DNA from: Balanoglossus misakiensis
Lineage: Eukaryota > Animalia > Hemichordata
Assembly: GCA_040954595.2 (NCBI GenBank)
Contig: CM082589.2
Span: 9,126,894-9,190,893 of the forward strand
Reading direction: 5' to 3'
Length of the DNA stretch: 64,000 bases
Shown here: piece by piece, positions 26,936 through 40,200 of the stretch
Layout of the letters: the number at the start of each line of letters is the position of its first letter
Position numbering within the stretch: the stretch's first letter is position 1
Notes under the pieces: model-generated
Database searches by the model: none
What the model saw: the letters and a program-made list of their open reading frames with translations, nothing else
Told to the model about the DNA's origin: nothing
Translations under genes and position numbers: made by a program

Positions 26936-27633
26936 AGGGCGTTCTCACTGGCACGTTTACACTGGTGCTACATCGGTGTAGATTTGACATCGACGGAAAA
27001 AAACAAGTGAGAACGCTTTACACCGGTGTTGGGCCGGTGTTAATTTGCGACAGCGATGGGTGGTGGGTCAGGGCCAGTGCTGGGCCAGCACTCCGACGCA
27101 AATAATCAGTGAGAACGCAAAGATAAACAAACACCGTTCAAAAGCGCCACCCTGCAGTGACTTTTGGGTATGTTTATTAGGTATAGCCCATTGTCTTTGG
27201 TCAGTTTCCATTGTTAAGTCAATCACACTGGACGCGAGTGGTTTTCAAACCATTCGCAGTTTGCCAGGTCTGCAACACTTCAGTCTGCTACCAACTTTCA
27301 GAAGGTTCTCTCGATCACCAAAAAGCCGAGGCATTTTCCATTTATGGATTAACATTCATTTACTTCTAAACATTATCAAAACTGTCACAAAGTCGTCTAG
27401 AACGTATATGCAGGTATATAAACTGCAACATGTTGCTGTAATGTCCTCGACATCCTCAATTTTGTTAGTTGCCGTGTTGCTAAACATGGCCATTTAGACG
27501 GTGTTTATTTCAAAACAGTGGCCAAAAGTTTAGTGTGTGGACGCAAGGAGATTCTGTGGGCTAATCCCCTGTGTTTGCAGAGAGTAAACACTGGCATAAC
27601 ACCGGTGTCCAAACTTTTAGTGAGAACAAGACT
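26936..27633. mobile_element. PIF/Harbinger-like MITE
   Basis: Left end GGGCGTTCTCACT, right end AGTGAGAAC, internal repeats of AGTGAGAAC and ACCGGTGT. TSD not clean. Confidence 0.4.
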
Positions 27634-28029
27634 TTAAATAATGGGCTGTGTCTGTAAAGGGTGAATATCACTGTTGCCAGTATTGTTCGAGTTGCTTTTC
27701 TGAATGTTCATTTCACCAAACAACAGTATTATGGGGGTCATCGTTAAGACGTTTTTGAAACATCTCAGATGAAATACTGGCGTAAATTATCATGTGTGAA
27801 TGGTTTAAGTGGTCCTGAAACGTCTCAGATTTGAGACGGCTTTGGTCAGACCTGAGCCAGTGTAAGGATTAACACCTCTCCGCAACCCATTGTTTGTGTG
27901 TGTGTACACAAGGCGACTTAAAGGATTAATGCTCTGTGTTTACTATTGGCAAATAGTGTCTATAAAATGTTTTGAATTTTACCCTGTCTGGACATGAACC
28001 TGGTATATGTCGCTGTGTTAATGTTACAG

Positions 28030-30471
28030 AGAGAAGAATACATACCAAAGTTGTGTGCTAAGATACTTGATGGAAGAAGCAAATGGATTGTGAGCAGTTT
28101 CCCGGTCATCAAATGGAAAACATATATAGAAAGAGTGAAAGAGTTGGATCGTTTCATTGATGAAGAGTTTCTAAAGAAAGCTACGAGATACCTTTACTAC
28201 CTTGGGGAGGTAAGAAATCATTGCTGAAGACATTACCCCACTTGATCAGTAGGTTAAGAAATCTATGGAGGATACTGTAAAACAGGTTATTTCGCGAGCA
28301 ATAAATTTTCATGAAATATGCGAGAGCCCCCAAAAATGTGAAAATACAAAAGTCGCATAAAATGTTTTTTTTCTTAGATAACAATGCAGTTAGTGAAATA
28401 CGAGAAAGCCAAAATTAATCCATGCATAACAGTTGCTTCTTTTGATATCGCGAAAATTTCCTGTCGCGAAAAGAACCCGTTTTACAGTATGAAGTCATAC
28501 TACAAGAAAATGTTCTCGCAAAGTTTGGAGAAAGTACAGTACTGCAATTATGTTTATCACAGAACAATTACTGATGAAACCTTTCCAAAGACCAACAGGA
28601 GTTCTGAAAGTTTTCTAGAAATTCTTTAAAACCTATCAATGTCAGGGTTCATCAAAAATAGAGGGCATCATTGACTTGAACATATAAACCATGGGATATG
28701 AAAAGCAAGTACTAATACAGAAACCAGAAATAACGCTGGAAAATTTGTTGACAGGGGGTGTGCTTGTGTCAACCGTTAAGTGCACTCTTTGTTTGATCAT
28801 GATTAGTGTCATACAAATTTAACCCTTAAGAGGGATCTGGGGGTGAAAGGCTTGACAGAGCCTTTTGCTGAGGATCTAGACAGGGATTCAAGACTGAGAA
28901 AAAATAACAGAAAAGGCCCTCTGCTATAAACATGTTTTTGTGGTCCATGTGTGTCACTAGTGTGGGTATAGCCCTGACATTGTTCCTAAATCACCAGTGG
29001 CAATATTGTGGCGTTGATGAGTTTTTTTTCGATCACTATAGCTGAGATGGTTTGGCCAGGCAAGGCTAGACTTGGCCTGGGTTTCGCGGTTTCCCTATGT
29101 ATGATCAGCCATGCACACATCTACATACTGGTATGTGTGTCACTAAGATATATGCACAATTTCATTTGAATAAATGTCTCAAAACATAAGTATTTTTCCC
29201 CATTGTTTATTCACAGATGCTCCAAATCGAGAGTACCCTACCAGATTCAGATGACGTCATTGTTCTTGATCCCCAATGGTTATGTTCTAGAATATTCGGT
29301 CCCATGCTGGCTCCTGAAATATTTGAGCAGTTTGCAAACCGCTTGCCGCGGAAGTCCTTACATATGAGAAGCGAAATTGAGGAAGTTTTCCATGGTCTGG
29401 CAGATATTGATTTGCTCATAAATCTTCTCAAAGAGTTTGACCTTCTCTACGAGGTCATTTCTGAATCCAATACTGTAACTGGGTATGTAATACCTGGGTT
29501 GTTGGACACAGATATGCCTGCAAATCAGTGGAAACAGGATGCTACTAATTTACTATGGCAGACGGTTCCAATGCAGAGATGATGCTGATAGTTTCTCGCC
29601 AGGATTTTTCCCCCGACTTCACGCCCGAATAGAATGCCATTTCCGAAAGATCAACCAACAAACAAGTGGTATATGGAAAAATGGCATCAAAGTGTGTCAC
29701 AATGCAGAAGGCTTGGTGTATATGACAAAAGGTTGGAGAGCTATCCATGTTTGTGTTAGAGCAGAGAAAGAAGAGGAAATCGGCGAATGCTACAAATTAT
29801 TAGAGACAATAACTGATATTGTTTATGAAGTGTTAGAGATCTGCTGTCCTGGTACAAGACTTGACATCCACGTGTTGAGTTCAGATTCTCTTCGAAACCA
29901 TCGCAACCTTGAAGATGTCACATTCTATACATTGAAGCAAATTCGGGAAGCAGAAGAGAGGAATGAGAAGGTGTACAACGAGGAGATGGTGATTTCAGAA
30001 GCAGCTACTGACTTGCTTTGTGCTGGGTATGATACAACCATCCTCCGACACAGTGGATATGAAAGTGATGTCAAGTGGATGCTGAAGGATGCCCTCAAGA
30101 TATTTTCTAATATCATGGATATCATCCGTTTATCCGGCAATGACTACAGGGCTATGGCAGACTTGATGGGGATCCCTCGCATGGAGGTGGATTCATGGCA
30201 ATACAGTGCATTGATTCAATCCCCCACACAACATGCTTTATCTGTTTGGTCCAAGGGCTGTGGAGGACAACAACGTGCAGGCCAACAGCCAACTGCAGAT
30301 AAGAAATTCTGTAAGAGCAATTTTTCCAACCTGGTTAAAATTCTTGAGCAAGAAAGTTGTGATGTCTACGCTGCCAGAGAAGAAATACATGAGATGTTCC
30401 GAAAACTTGGTGTGTCAGCTGATCATCATGATGTTGAAGATGACATGGCTCATCTACATCTAACGTCCTAA
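28030..30471 (+). CDS. COR domain and C-terminal death domain exons (28030-28209; 29217-30471)
   Basis: DAPK-type COR motifs YLYYLGE, IVLDPQWLC, YYGRRFQC, FSPGFFPRL, IWKNGI; death-fold-like GNDYRAMADLMGI...SPTQHALSVW. The frame changes near 29545 between ORFs 29217-29582 and 29539-30471. Confidence 0.85.
28275..28487. mobile_element. Tc1/mariner-type MITE with TA target duplication; further copies at ~60049-60253 and partial ~62560-62604
   Basis: TA|CTGTAAAACAGGTT ... AACCCGTTTTACAG|TA; internal sequence shared with the 60 kb copy. Confidence 0.75.
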
Positions 30472-33400
30472 GATGATGACATCAACATCTCTGAAGCAGA
30501 CCATTGTGACGTCAGTATATCAATTTCTGATTAGTATGGCAAATGATGGCAGTATTTCCATGGAACTTGTTGCAATGTCTGAGAAATTTAACTGAGTAAC
30601 GTAATGTGCGTGTGCAAGGAAAAGGTTCCGTACACACATACTGTTATAAGCCCTGCAGAGAAATCAAAGCCAATACACCAAACCACCCTCCACCATTACT
30701 GTCTTCTCAATAACCAGGCTGTACAACGAGGAGATGGTGATTGCAGAAACAGCTACCAACAGGTGACACAACTAAAGATAAATGAATGGAATCTGTGACA
30801 TAGATCTAGAATGAGATAACAGAAAGTGAATTACCCAAATACAGTACAAGACCATCCTGCAGATACTGACCTATTTGAAGTGTATGTAATGGTTAATTAC
30901 AAATTAAATCACTCTAAGGAACATGATGTCATGTCAGCTTCACAGGATGGAGACACATGCAAATAAAGTGAGTCAATTACAATTATGAGAAAGTGACTAC
31001 TAAGAAATTGTCATGTTGAGTTTACAAACTGCAGCTAATGACATCAATGACCATTATAGCAAAATAAAGTTGATTTTTTTTAAAATTCTAGTGATTTTTG
31101 TGATTTGTTGCAACATTTTTTATTCAAATTATTGTTTTCACCAAAAAGCTGTACAGTAATATTTTTAATCCTGATCATCAATATCTTCATTAGAAACATT
31201 ACTTTTGTTTGTTGACAGATTTAGGAAATTCACTCATGTTCACAATGATTTTGTGTAATGTTCTGGACTTCGGTTTTGATGTGTACTATTTCCCAAAAGC
31301 AAATGACTACCCAAGAATATGCAATTTAAGAGAGGTTGTCATACACTTCTTGCTTTCAATTACATTGAACACACTCTCAACATCTTTTTTCTATGTACAC
31401 AAGTTGTCACTTCAAGATCATTCATATTAGGATTGAGAAACTATTTTCTTAATTTTGAATTATAAACTAATACAGACATCACCATTCACATTTTGCAGAC
31501 ATGCTATTTAGGTGGTCGACATATCTTTATATTTTTAGTATTAAAATGTGGGAAGAGTCACTTTGAAAACAGAAAAAAATTTGCTTTCTCAAAAATAAAA
31601 ATACTTCAAATTTTCTCAATACACATTGAATGGTGGCCATCTTGATTTTAAAATTTGAATCAGTTTCGCTTTATCATTCAAAATTATGCCTGTTTAAAGG
31701 ATATAAGAGTAAAAATCTCGCCAAAATGAATAAACGGTAGAGACCGATTATTCATTTTGACGAGTGTTTTACTCTCGTGTCTACAAGTGAGATGGAAGTT
31801 GTGGGTGGTCGAACGTTGATTCACTATATATCCACAGTCTTGTATCAAACATAATTAACAGAAAAATGGCAGCGAGAGAGAGATTTTGTCCCTTTAAATG
31901 TTATTCCATGTATGACCTCATCTTGGATATGAATATTATCTGTTACCAATCCTTGCAATGTAGTTTCCATAACTGCAGTTTTACAGCTCTTTTTCATGAG
32001 GACTTGAGAAATGAATTATTTACTGCTTCTTCACAGCCAGAAAGATTCTTTATAGGTATTTAAAATCCTTGATGTGTTCAAAATAAATCTGTTACTTTTG
32101 CAATCTTTTGTGTATATGTGTGTCCATTGTTAGCATCCGCCCACCCCCCCCCCCCCCACCCCCCGAGTTGAACACGGGCTGCCAAATTATTGCAATACAA
32201 GACATGAACTATTCCTACTTGCTTCTCATGTTTGGTTTTAATGTGCACCTTCAAAATCAGTCATATTCTCCTCAATACAACTTTAGATTATTCTTGCTTA
32301 AAACAAAGAATACAGATTAATTATTCATCGTAAAAATTTGAATGACAAAAAATGTCTCAAATTTGAAATTCAAAATGGCGCTATAACTCCATGGTGAACA
32401 TTGTTTATTTTTTTATGAAACCAAGGTGATGAAAATCATTTTTTTCAAATAGACTTCATATACACTTTAATACAAAAACATGGAAGAGATTGGAGGACTG
32501 ATTTTTGTGAAAATAACCAACTTAATGAATTTTTTTTCACTCAACTACTGGAAAGTAAGCTGGGCTTTGATTGGTTGCTGACTGAGACAAATGTGTAGAT
32601 AACCAATCACAACACAGCTACCTTCATGATTGAGCATGTAGAAAGTGTAGTCTCCCTCAGAAATCGCCCAAAACATCGCTATTAATGCGAGCAGAGGATA
32701 GCATGTATGAACTTTGACATGAAATTGGTAGTTACCCTGGTTACGACGTTGATTTGTGACTGGTACACTTTCCACCCTTTGAAGAAAGAAAAAAAGAAAC
32801 AAGTTCTTTTCTGTGCAACACTTCAGAGTCACAAGTGATTTTCATCAAGAGAAACTTCTATCAGGCAAATTTTACTTGAAATGTTTGAAGAATTGGCACT
32901 GGGTTGATTTTATTTTGGAGTGAGTTAAGTACTCAGGGAGTCATCATTTGGTATCCCCAGGGGGGTCTAGATGCTGTTTTCTGGGGGGAGAGACAATTCA
33001 TTCCAGTGGAATGTGACACTTAGGAAATAAATAGACCATAGCACCAAAAAGAACAATTTCAGAATAAAATCCCTCATAACAGATCAGCTCACAATCAGAA
33101 TGCAGATAAGTATATGAGATAAGAGAAATTCCAACAAATGTCTTCATATTTGACTTCCAGTCCAACTTGAGTGGAAATGGCATAAACTTCAATGATTTTG
33201 TGCCCTTGAGCAAGGCACTTTTTATTCCCATTGATCTGGGGGGACTGACTTTGTATAGATGATTGTTCTAGTCATCCTATCCTAGGTAGACAACATTTCT
33301 GTGTTTGATATGGATGAATTAAATAAATAAAAAACTGCATCGTTAGCCATTTTTGAATGCTGCTAAATAATAAATATATCCAGAATTTGATAAAACAATT

Positions 33401-33909
33401 CTATTTGAAATCCATTGTTTTCTTTGGCAATATATGACAATAATTTTGTCGCAAATATATAAATGGTATATATACAGTATTATATTATATCATGCTACCG
33501 TCCGCAATTCTGATTGGACGAGAGCTCAATCCAGCGATGCTAAAATACTCATAATGCACTGCTGGCAGAGCTAAAACGGGCCCCTGCTGAACTAGCATAT
33601 GGCAGCAAAAACCACAGTTGCGCGTGTTTAAACCAAATAAATAAAACAACAATACTGTTGAATTAACGGACGTTTTATTTTGGAATTGCTCTGTGGAAAT
33701 ATTTTTCACTTTGCCACGCGCGATGCCCGTCTTGTCACTTTTTGGCGTCTGCTTCATGTTTAATGCTCGATCCCGGCTGGATCCCGGCCGCTCGTGTTTA
33801 CATTCATCGTCGCCATGTTGGTTCACGATCGTAATTTCTCTTTATGCCGCCGTTTCGGTAAGAAAATGACACTGATATGCCTCAAAAACAATTGTTGATA
33901 TAATATAAT

Positions 33910-34051
33910 AGCAATAAAACACCCCAGCCATGGTATACCACTCGATTTTGACCAGTTCAACTCCTTATACGCACTCGCTATCGCTCGTGCGTATATGTCG
34001 TGAACTGGTCAAAATCTCGTGGTATACCATGGCTGGGGATGTTTTATTGCT
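33910..34051. repeat. Second copy of the long-hairpin element, inverted relative to 23785-23927
   Basis: Same arms; the loop is the reverse complement of the first copy's loop. Confidence 0.85.
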
Positions 34052-34569
34052 TAATTAACTTGGTTTTTGTAGCAACTGATATTAGCAACGTTTTCATGAA
34101 TTAACGAAGAAAAATATAGTTTTGAAGTTCTCAGGAATACACCCAAATTATGTATACATGAACACTGTCCAAATAGACTATGGTTCTCAAAATCCCAAAT
34201 TGATGCTTTTAAGGGAGGCTTCAGTAATTACAGCCGTGGGTTGGGGGAAGTTGGTGACGGTCCATCATGTAAATGTGACAGACAGCATTCCTGTATGGCT
34301 AGGGAAGGATGTGTGTTGCTATGACAACACCTCCCTTAATCAGCACATGCACAGGCACATTGACCTATACATAAGAGCGAACCCAGTATTCAAACTACTT
34401 GAAAGTACTGTTTAAACAGCCAAACTTTTTACATACAAGGAATACGGTAATGTTTGGTTTGTAAAAAGTAGTTCATACTCAATCCTTTTCTGGGCACTTT
34501 TAATTTGTCTTCTTGCTCGCCTCCTTAAAACTTTCAGAGACTTCAATTCAACAGAAAATTCTTTCACCA

Positions 34570-35030
34570 TTTGCAGCAGTAAGTCTGCGGACTATTTCAA
34601 ACAACTTACCATAAAATACCCACCTTGGGAGTGGACGGATTGACAAGAAGAAGTGTTTATCACCATCAAGAACTGACTAATGAGTGATACAATCATGGCA
34701 TACTTCGATCCGAAGAAAGAAACCGAAATAGTTGTAGATGCCAGCCCAGTAGGTTTATAGCAGCCATGTTAACCCAGAAAAGCAAAAGCGACGCGTCGAC
34801 GACGCACCACGAGTTCTGTGCTACGGAAGCAGATCACTCACACCAGTCAAACAACGATATTTTCAAACACAAAGACAGGCCTTTGACGTTGTATGGGCAT
34901 GCGAACGATTCCACTTGTATGTATATGGTCAGAAATTCACCATTGTGACAGACCACAAGCCGTTGGTCCACATATACAACAATCCAATTTCGAAACCACC
35001 TGCCAGAATCGAACGTTGGGCACTGAAGCC
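34570..35030 (+). mobile_element. Ty3/Gypsy pol relic (RT connection-RNase H)
   Basis: Translates, with stops and frameshifts, to PWEWTD*QEEVF...MAYFDPKKETEIVVDASPVGL and VWACERFHLYVYGQKFTIVTDHKPL...PPARIERWALK. Confidence 0.88.
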
Positions 35031-37256
35031 GTCGGCACAGAAATTAACAAGAAGAAGAAGAAGAAGAAAATGAGCACGAGTTAAACGTCTATAAAATTTA
35101 CAGCTTGTTGAAATTAGGAAGGTTACTTTTCAATATCAGTAGCGCGATACGAAACAAACAACCCTCTATATACCGATAAGAAGTTGTTACCATGGTGATA
35201 GAATAAACATCTGTAAGACTGAGATCTGTCAATTATTTTTTTCATTCATGCATAAGAAATAGATCACTAATCGAAAAATTAAAATTAAATCTTAATACTT
35301 AACAACAGGGTTCGGCCTTAATGTCAAAATTACTCTATTCTATAAATAGCTCTCAACGGTTAGATTTTTTGAAAGTAAATTCTTGCTGATGGTTGGAATA
35401 CTTAATTTTCAATCTCAGATTCTGTGAAAATATTACAAAATAATACAGGATAAAGTCGATGGCGTTTTAATTGTCACTAATGCATTCTATACGTCCCCTG
35501 GAGGTAACCCAGGGAGATTCCTGAAAGAACCAGGGATGGTGTCCCATTGTGAAGGTTGTCTATGGGAGGAAACTGATGGGCAGGCCTAGGGCTTTAGTTT
35601 TCCAGCTGAAAAATTAATGCGTTTCGTGTTTATTTATCTGTGATGTGCCTAAAGTACCCCAAACCTTCCGTTTCTAATGTCAACTTGTCGTCATATTTCA
35701 TTTTTCTAAAATTGTGAAAAGAACACAAAACAATTTAAATTTGCTTCTCCAAGAACATTTTACTTCTGTTCTACAAAATAAAGGGGAAAAAATGTGTCAT
35801 TTGTCTGTCGATGTTTAAAGGGGCAATTTTCAATCCCTGGTTTTCGCATTAGTAGGTGCTCCTCCTAGTCAAACATTAGGCTAGTTGCGATGTTTAACTT
35901 ACAGTACGTTAAAAACACACTCCAATCACAACAGTTTACCACCATAGCTAATCCTCTAAAGGGTGCTAGGTATTACAGATAACGATAACGTGCCATGGTC
36001 TAGCTGCACACGAGTACAGTATAGACTGTTTACGGTCAACTGGAAAGCAAGAGGCCGATCGCTCTAACCACTTCGACGCTCAATTCTCCCAAGCAATTGT
36101 GATTGGAGGCGCAGCCGGCAGCATGCAAAACAGTCATCCTGCATGCATGACCGGCTACCGTACCACGCGTTGGTCAATCCACTTGCGCACGGCTGGGGCG
36201 GCTCGGCACAGGCCTGTCTATAATTTTCCTATCAACTTGAGAGCGGATCGCTACTCAAAATAGGCGTTGAAATGTATGAATTCGCGATCATCAAGTTTAC
36301 AGATCGACATCGATACAAACCCAGTTCAAGCTAGACTGATCCCCGGAAATGAACGATGCGAAAATGTCCGCATTGTTTTAATAGCTGACAATCGCGATCG
36401 TGGCGTCGGTAATTTTTGAAGGGAGCTCAGATGCTTGTCGAAAATTCCACATGAAAGGAATACAAGTCGAATTACCAAAACTATAAATGATTGGCAGCAT
36501 GTCTTGATACTTGGTGCGTCATGATTTGCAGGTAGAAAGTCCTATCTATTGCTATTGCGACATGGGCCTATAGGCGCGGCTATATGCACTCGTGAAGCTG
36601 TCACGCCCGTGTACAGCAGCACGCACGCTCAGGCACAGTTACGTTAGCATTCAAATATCCAGATGACGGGCAACTTCAATAGCGTGGAGGCATTATACCT
36701 GATACATGGTACGTGTCTGGCGGTTTTTAAAATAAAAACATACTCGGAAAAATCTTTTACTGAATGGCGAAATATTGCTTGCCCGTCACTTGGAAATGAC
36801 AACGCCGTGGGTCACATGGCCAGATCACGTGATTGATAGTAAAACAATTCTTTGACTGACTTTCTGCGTTTCCGTACGTTTCGATATTTCATCAAATCCG
36901 GGCATCACTGAAGTCAAGAGTCCGTTTAAGGTTTTTTTAAGAGACGACATTATTGTACATATTATAATGCGATACATCTTTATTTTTGGCAGTTTTCTTT
37001 GAGTGGTGATTGTTTTTGACAAAAATGAATGGTACATTAAAATAACACCAAAGTCATATCCTCGGGTGTGTAGTGTACGTCTTTATTCACTTTTATATGT
37101 GAGTATGTGTGCCTGTGTAATGATTTGTGCATTTCTTTTTATTTTTTTATTACGAAGTGTTTTGGTGATTACGGTAGTTCTCTTTTTGAAGGATGTGGTG
37201 GCCCTGATAAGGGCCGTTTGGTATGTGTATGCACTAGAGCATACGTCTCTGGGTTT

Positions 37257-40200
37257 CTACAGAGAGGCACTAAAAACTTCTTCGACAAAACGCCTCCACA
37301 CAATGGTCCTCCAACGACTTGTTTTTTCCGTCAATTCCCTGCGCTCAGACCTCCTCCAGTACTGCCTTCCTCGCCGACTCCTCCTGGTATTGGTTGACGG
37401 CCGGTCTACATTCTCATTCTGGAAATTAGACAGTGTTCAAGTAACAGTTTCAATAAACTGCGAAACTAACACCACTTTCGCTTCTGCGTCATATTTTATT
37501 GTTTTGTCAGTGATAAGCTTGCACAGAAACATTGTAAATTATCATGGGGAACACATGAACACACTCGGAAATAAAATAAAACTTACCCAGTCCAGACAGG
37601 TGAGATCACTCCTAAATTTATAGGAGTTTTTTTAATGGGATGCGCAACATTGTTGAAGCTCTCAACATAGTGTGTGTCTTTACACTAGAATGGAAAATAA
37701 AATAAAATCTTTACAAAGAGTAGAGACTTTGGTTTTCCATAATCGTGTCTGCATATAGCTGACAAAAACTACAGCATAATCTCGGTACAAGAAAGCCTGA
37801 GAGAAATACTGCTATGCTCTATCTGCTGCATGGTGGTGTTCAAACACTTCACATTGTAACTACATGTACCTGTATTCTGAAATCGTGTTTCAAGCTAAAC
37901 ATTGTCATTCAATACACATAGCTAAGCACACCTTCATTTACCTCATGCTATGTAATACTTAAAAAACTCACATCAACATAATTATCTGGCTTCTTGTACA
38001 GCTGCGTCTTTCTAACATCATGCCTCAGGAGGTCAGCTGCTTTCGATTGCCTGATTGGGCGGAACGATGCTTCGTAATTCGCGCTATTCCGACACCTCGA
38101 TTTTGGGTCACACCCAGCGTGATTATCCTACAGATCGAAAAGATAACATGTACCGTCTATTTGATGGAAATTAAGAAGCACAGTCACGGTTTTGTCCTGA
38201 TGTTGGCATCCACAGATAACTTTAAAAGAATGTGTGATGGCGATGGTTACATTTTCAACTATTTTATTTAATCAAAAAAGTTAATTTTGTTTCATTCAAA
38301 GGTAATTACCTGATAATGAGCGACAATATTGTCTAATTTTTTTCGGATTAGCGCCGCTGCTTCGGTTCGTGCCCGGGTTGTGTTGCCATTGTCCAGAAGG
38401 TGTTGTTTTGCCCGTGTCATGGCCCAGTAGCAATGTGTCTTTACATTGTCCCCTGTGGAGAGGTGAACACATATTTGAATTTGTAATAATTGTTATCACA
38501 AACGAAATGGCTTTACGTTTAATATCTCCATTTTCAAAGCTGCATAAGAGAAAAAAAATATTCAACGCATAAAACTGAACATGAAACAGAAACTCGTAAC
38601 CACAGATACCTGACCAAAAGTGAAAACTTAACTGCGATTGAGAAAACATAAAATGTGTGTGATTTTACCTCTATCTGCAAGTTCAGGGTGCCAGGTTACG
38701 TTCATGTTTCGTTGTGTCCCCGTGGTTACTCGTTTCATCTCTCGGCCTATTGCCTTGGTAACTGTAAAATAAAAACAAGCATTGATGTTACAGCGCCTCG
38801 CCCACGTGTACACGATGAAACAGAATCAATTAATGGTGCCTGGATTGATGCAACTCTGCCTTGAAAACAAACCTGAATACACATATTCACTTTCAAATTA
38901 TAAGTTTACAGATGATCAAAATTCGTCAGCTAAAAATGTATGTGACGTCCTTATGTACATGTACTAAATTGGAGTGTTTTTGCTGCTAAACCTTCCCCTG
39001 TCAAGTAAGAATGAAGCCTTACCATGCCATGTGTCGTTGCTGCTGATTGTATCTGGCCTTTCCTCTCGCAGGAATTTGTTTACAGACGCGTTGTTGTCGT
39101 GGCCATGAACTAAAATTGGAACCCCTGTAAATGTAATCATTTGCAATAGCCGGTTGTCAGTGTGACATATTTTCTTGCATAGAATTATAATTATCGTTTT
39201 ATATGTGGTCCATGTACATGCCTAAAGTTTTGTAAAAACATTTAGCAAGGATTTTACTGATACCGATGGGAAAGCACCGTGTTAATACTATGTTTTACCT
39301 TTTTCATCAGCCCAATTATAAAATCGCCTGATCCCAACCATCTCGTGTCTTTGGGAACACGGGTCATCGTGCTTCCTGACCAACTTCTTATGGATGCACT
39401 TATGGGTTCTAAAACAAAGACAAATAGTTACAAATAAAGTTAGTCGAATTTAATCCAAAATTGCCATATATTACAATAACAGTATACGTCAAAGCATGTG
39501 GCATGTCAGTTCGGAGAAGTAGTGTTGATGCCAAACACAATACTCACTGTCAACAGAAATAGCGATGCGATTGAGTGCGTGTAAGGGTAACACATTACCA
39601 TACATATAACCATCATTGCCATAGAGATGAAAAGTTGTTACATACATGTCACCAAGTACAACTATGTCAGAGTTTTGTGCATTCTTTCGTGTACCGTGTC
39701 GTGCATCGCTCATATTTTCAATCCCCAGCTTAATGGTGCGGTCTTCCGATGCGATTTCCTGAAATTGGATTCAAAAACAAAATGTATTAGGCCTATATGA
39801 ACACGCGGATAAAATGTGGCATGATAAAAATATCAAATAACATTTATTTAGTTGTTTTTGGGTGGTGAAATGTCATACCTCGTTTAATGCATCATCCATG
39901 GATTTGACCGCTTCATTGTGGATAGTTTGTCGGTACTTCTCAAAAACTGAATAAAAAAAAACAGACAGACGAGAAATATTAGTGATGATTTGCCTACTTT
40001 ATATGCCAGCACAGTCATGGGGTGACTGTGATGATGGTCGACAGTTAATACATTTGGGAAAAAAAATTGTCTTGACATGTCTTTATATGCTGCAGTCATG
40101 TCTGTAACTCCATGGTCATACAATATATTGAAACAGTCTGAGAATCAATGTAAGTTGACCACACTAAAAGTAGGACTGATCACAAATAAATATAAAACTA

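Larger units (their letters stand above)
15368..30471 (+). pseudogene. DAPK-like Roco gene (ankyrin repeats-ROC-COR-death domain); 5' end not seen; frameshift in last exon (pseudogene, null allele or assembly error)
   Basis: Phase-consistent exon chain: 16 ankyrin exons (15368-21970), then 23247-23357, 24135-24194, 24916-25044, 25487-25771, 26078-26204, 26566-26714, 28030-28209, 29217-30471. All acceptors are AG; donors are GT except one probable GC. Confidence 0.85.

Noticed and set aside
37003-37623. 206-aa hydrophobic + strand ORF
   Set aside because: It lies antisense to the last Kolobok transposase exons and T-rich sequence, starts at a non-ATG codon and has no motifs.
39884-40137. Extra Kolobok exon suggested by ORF 39884-40123
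   Set aside because: Exon 40338-40235 splices in phase directly to 39946-39879, which is read in a different frame from that ORF.
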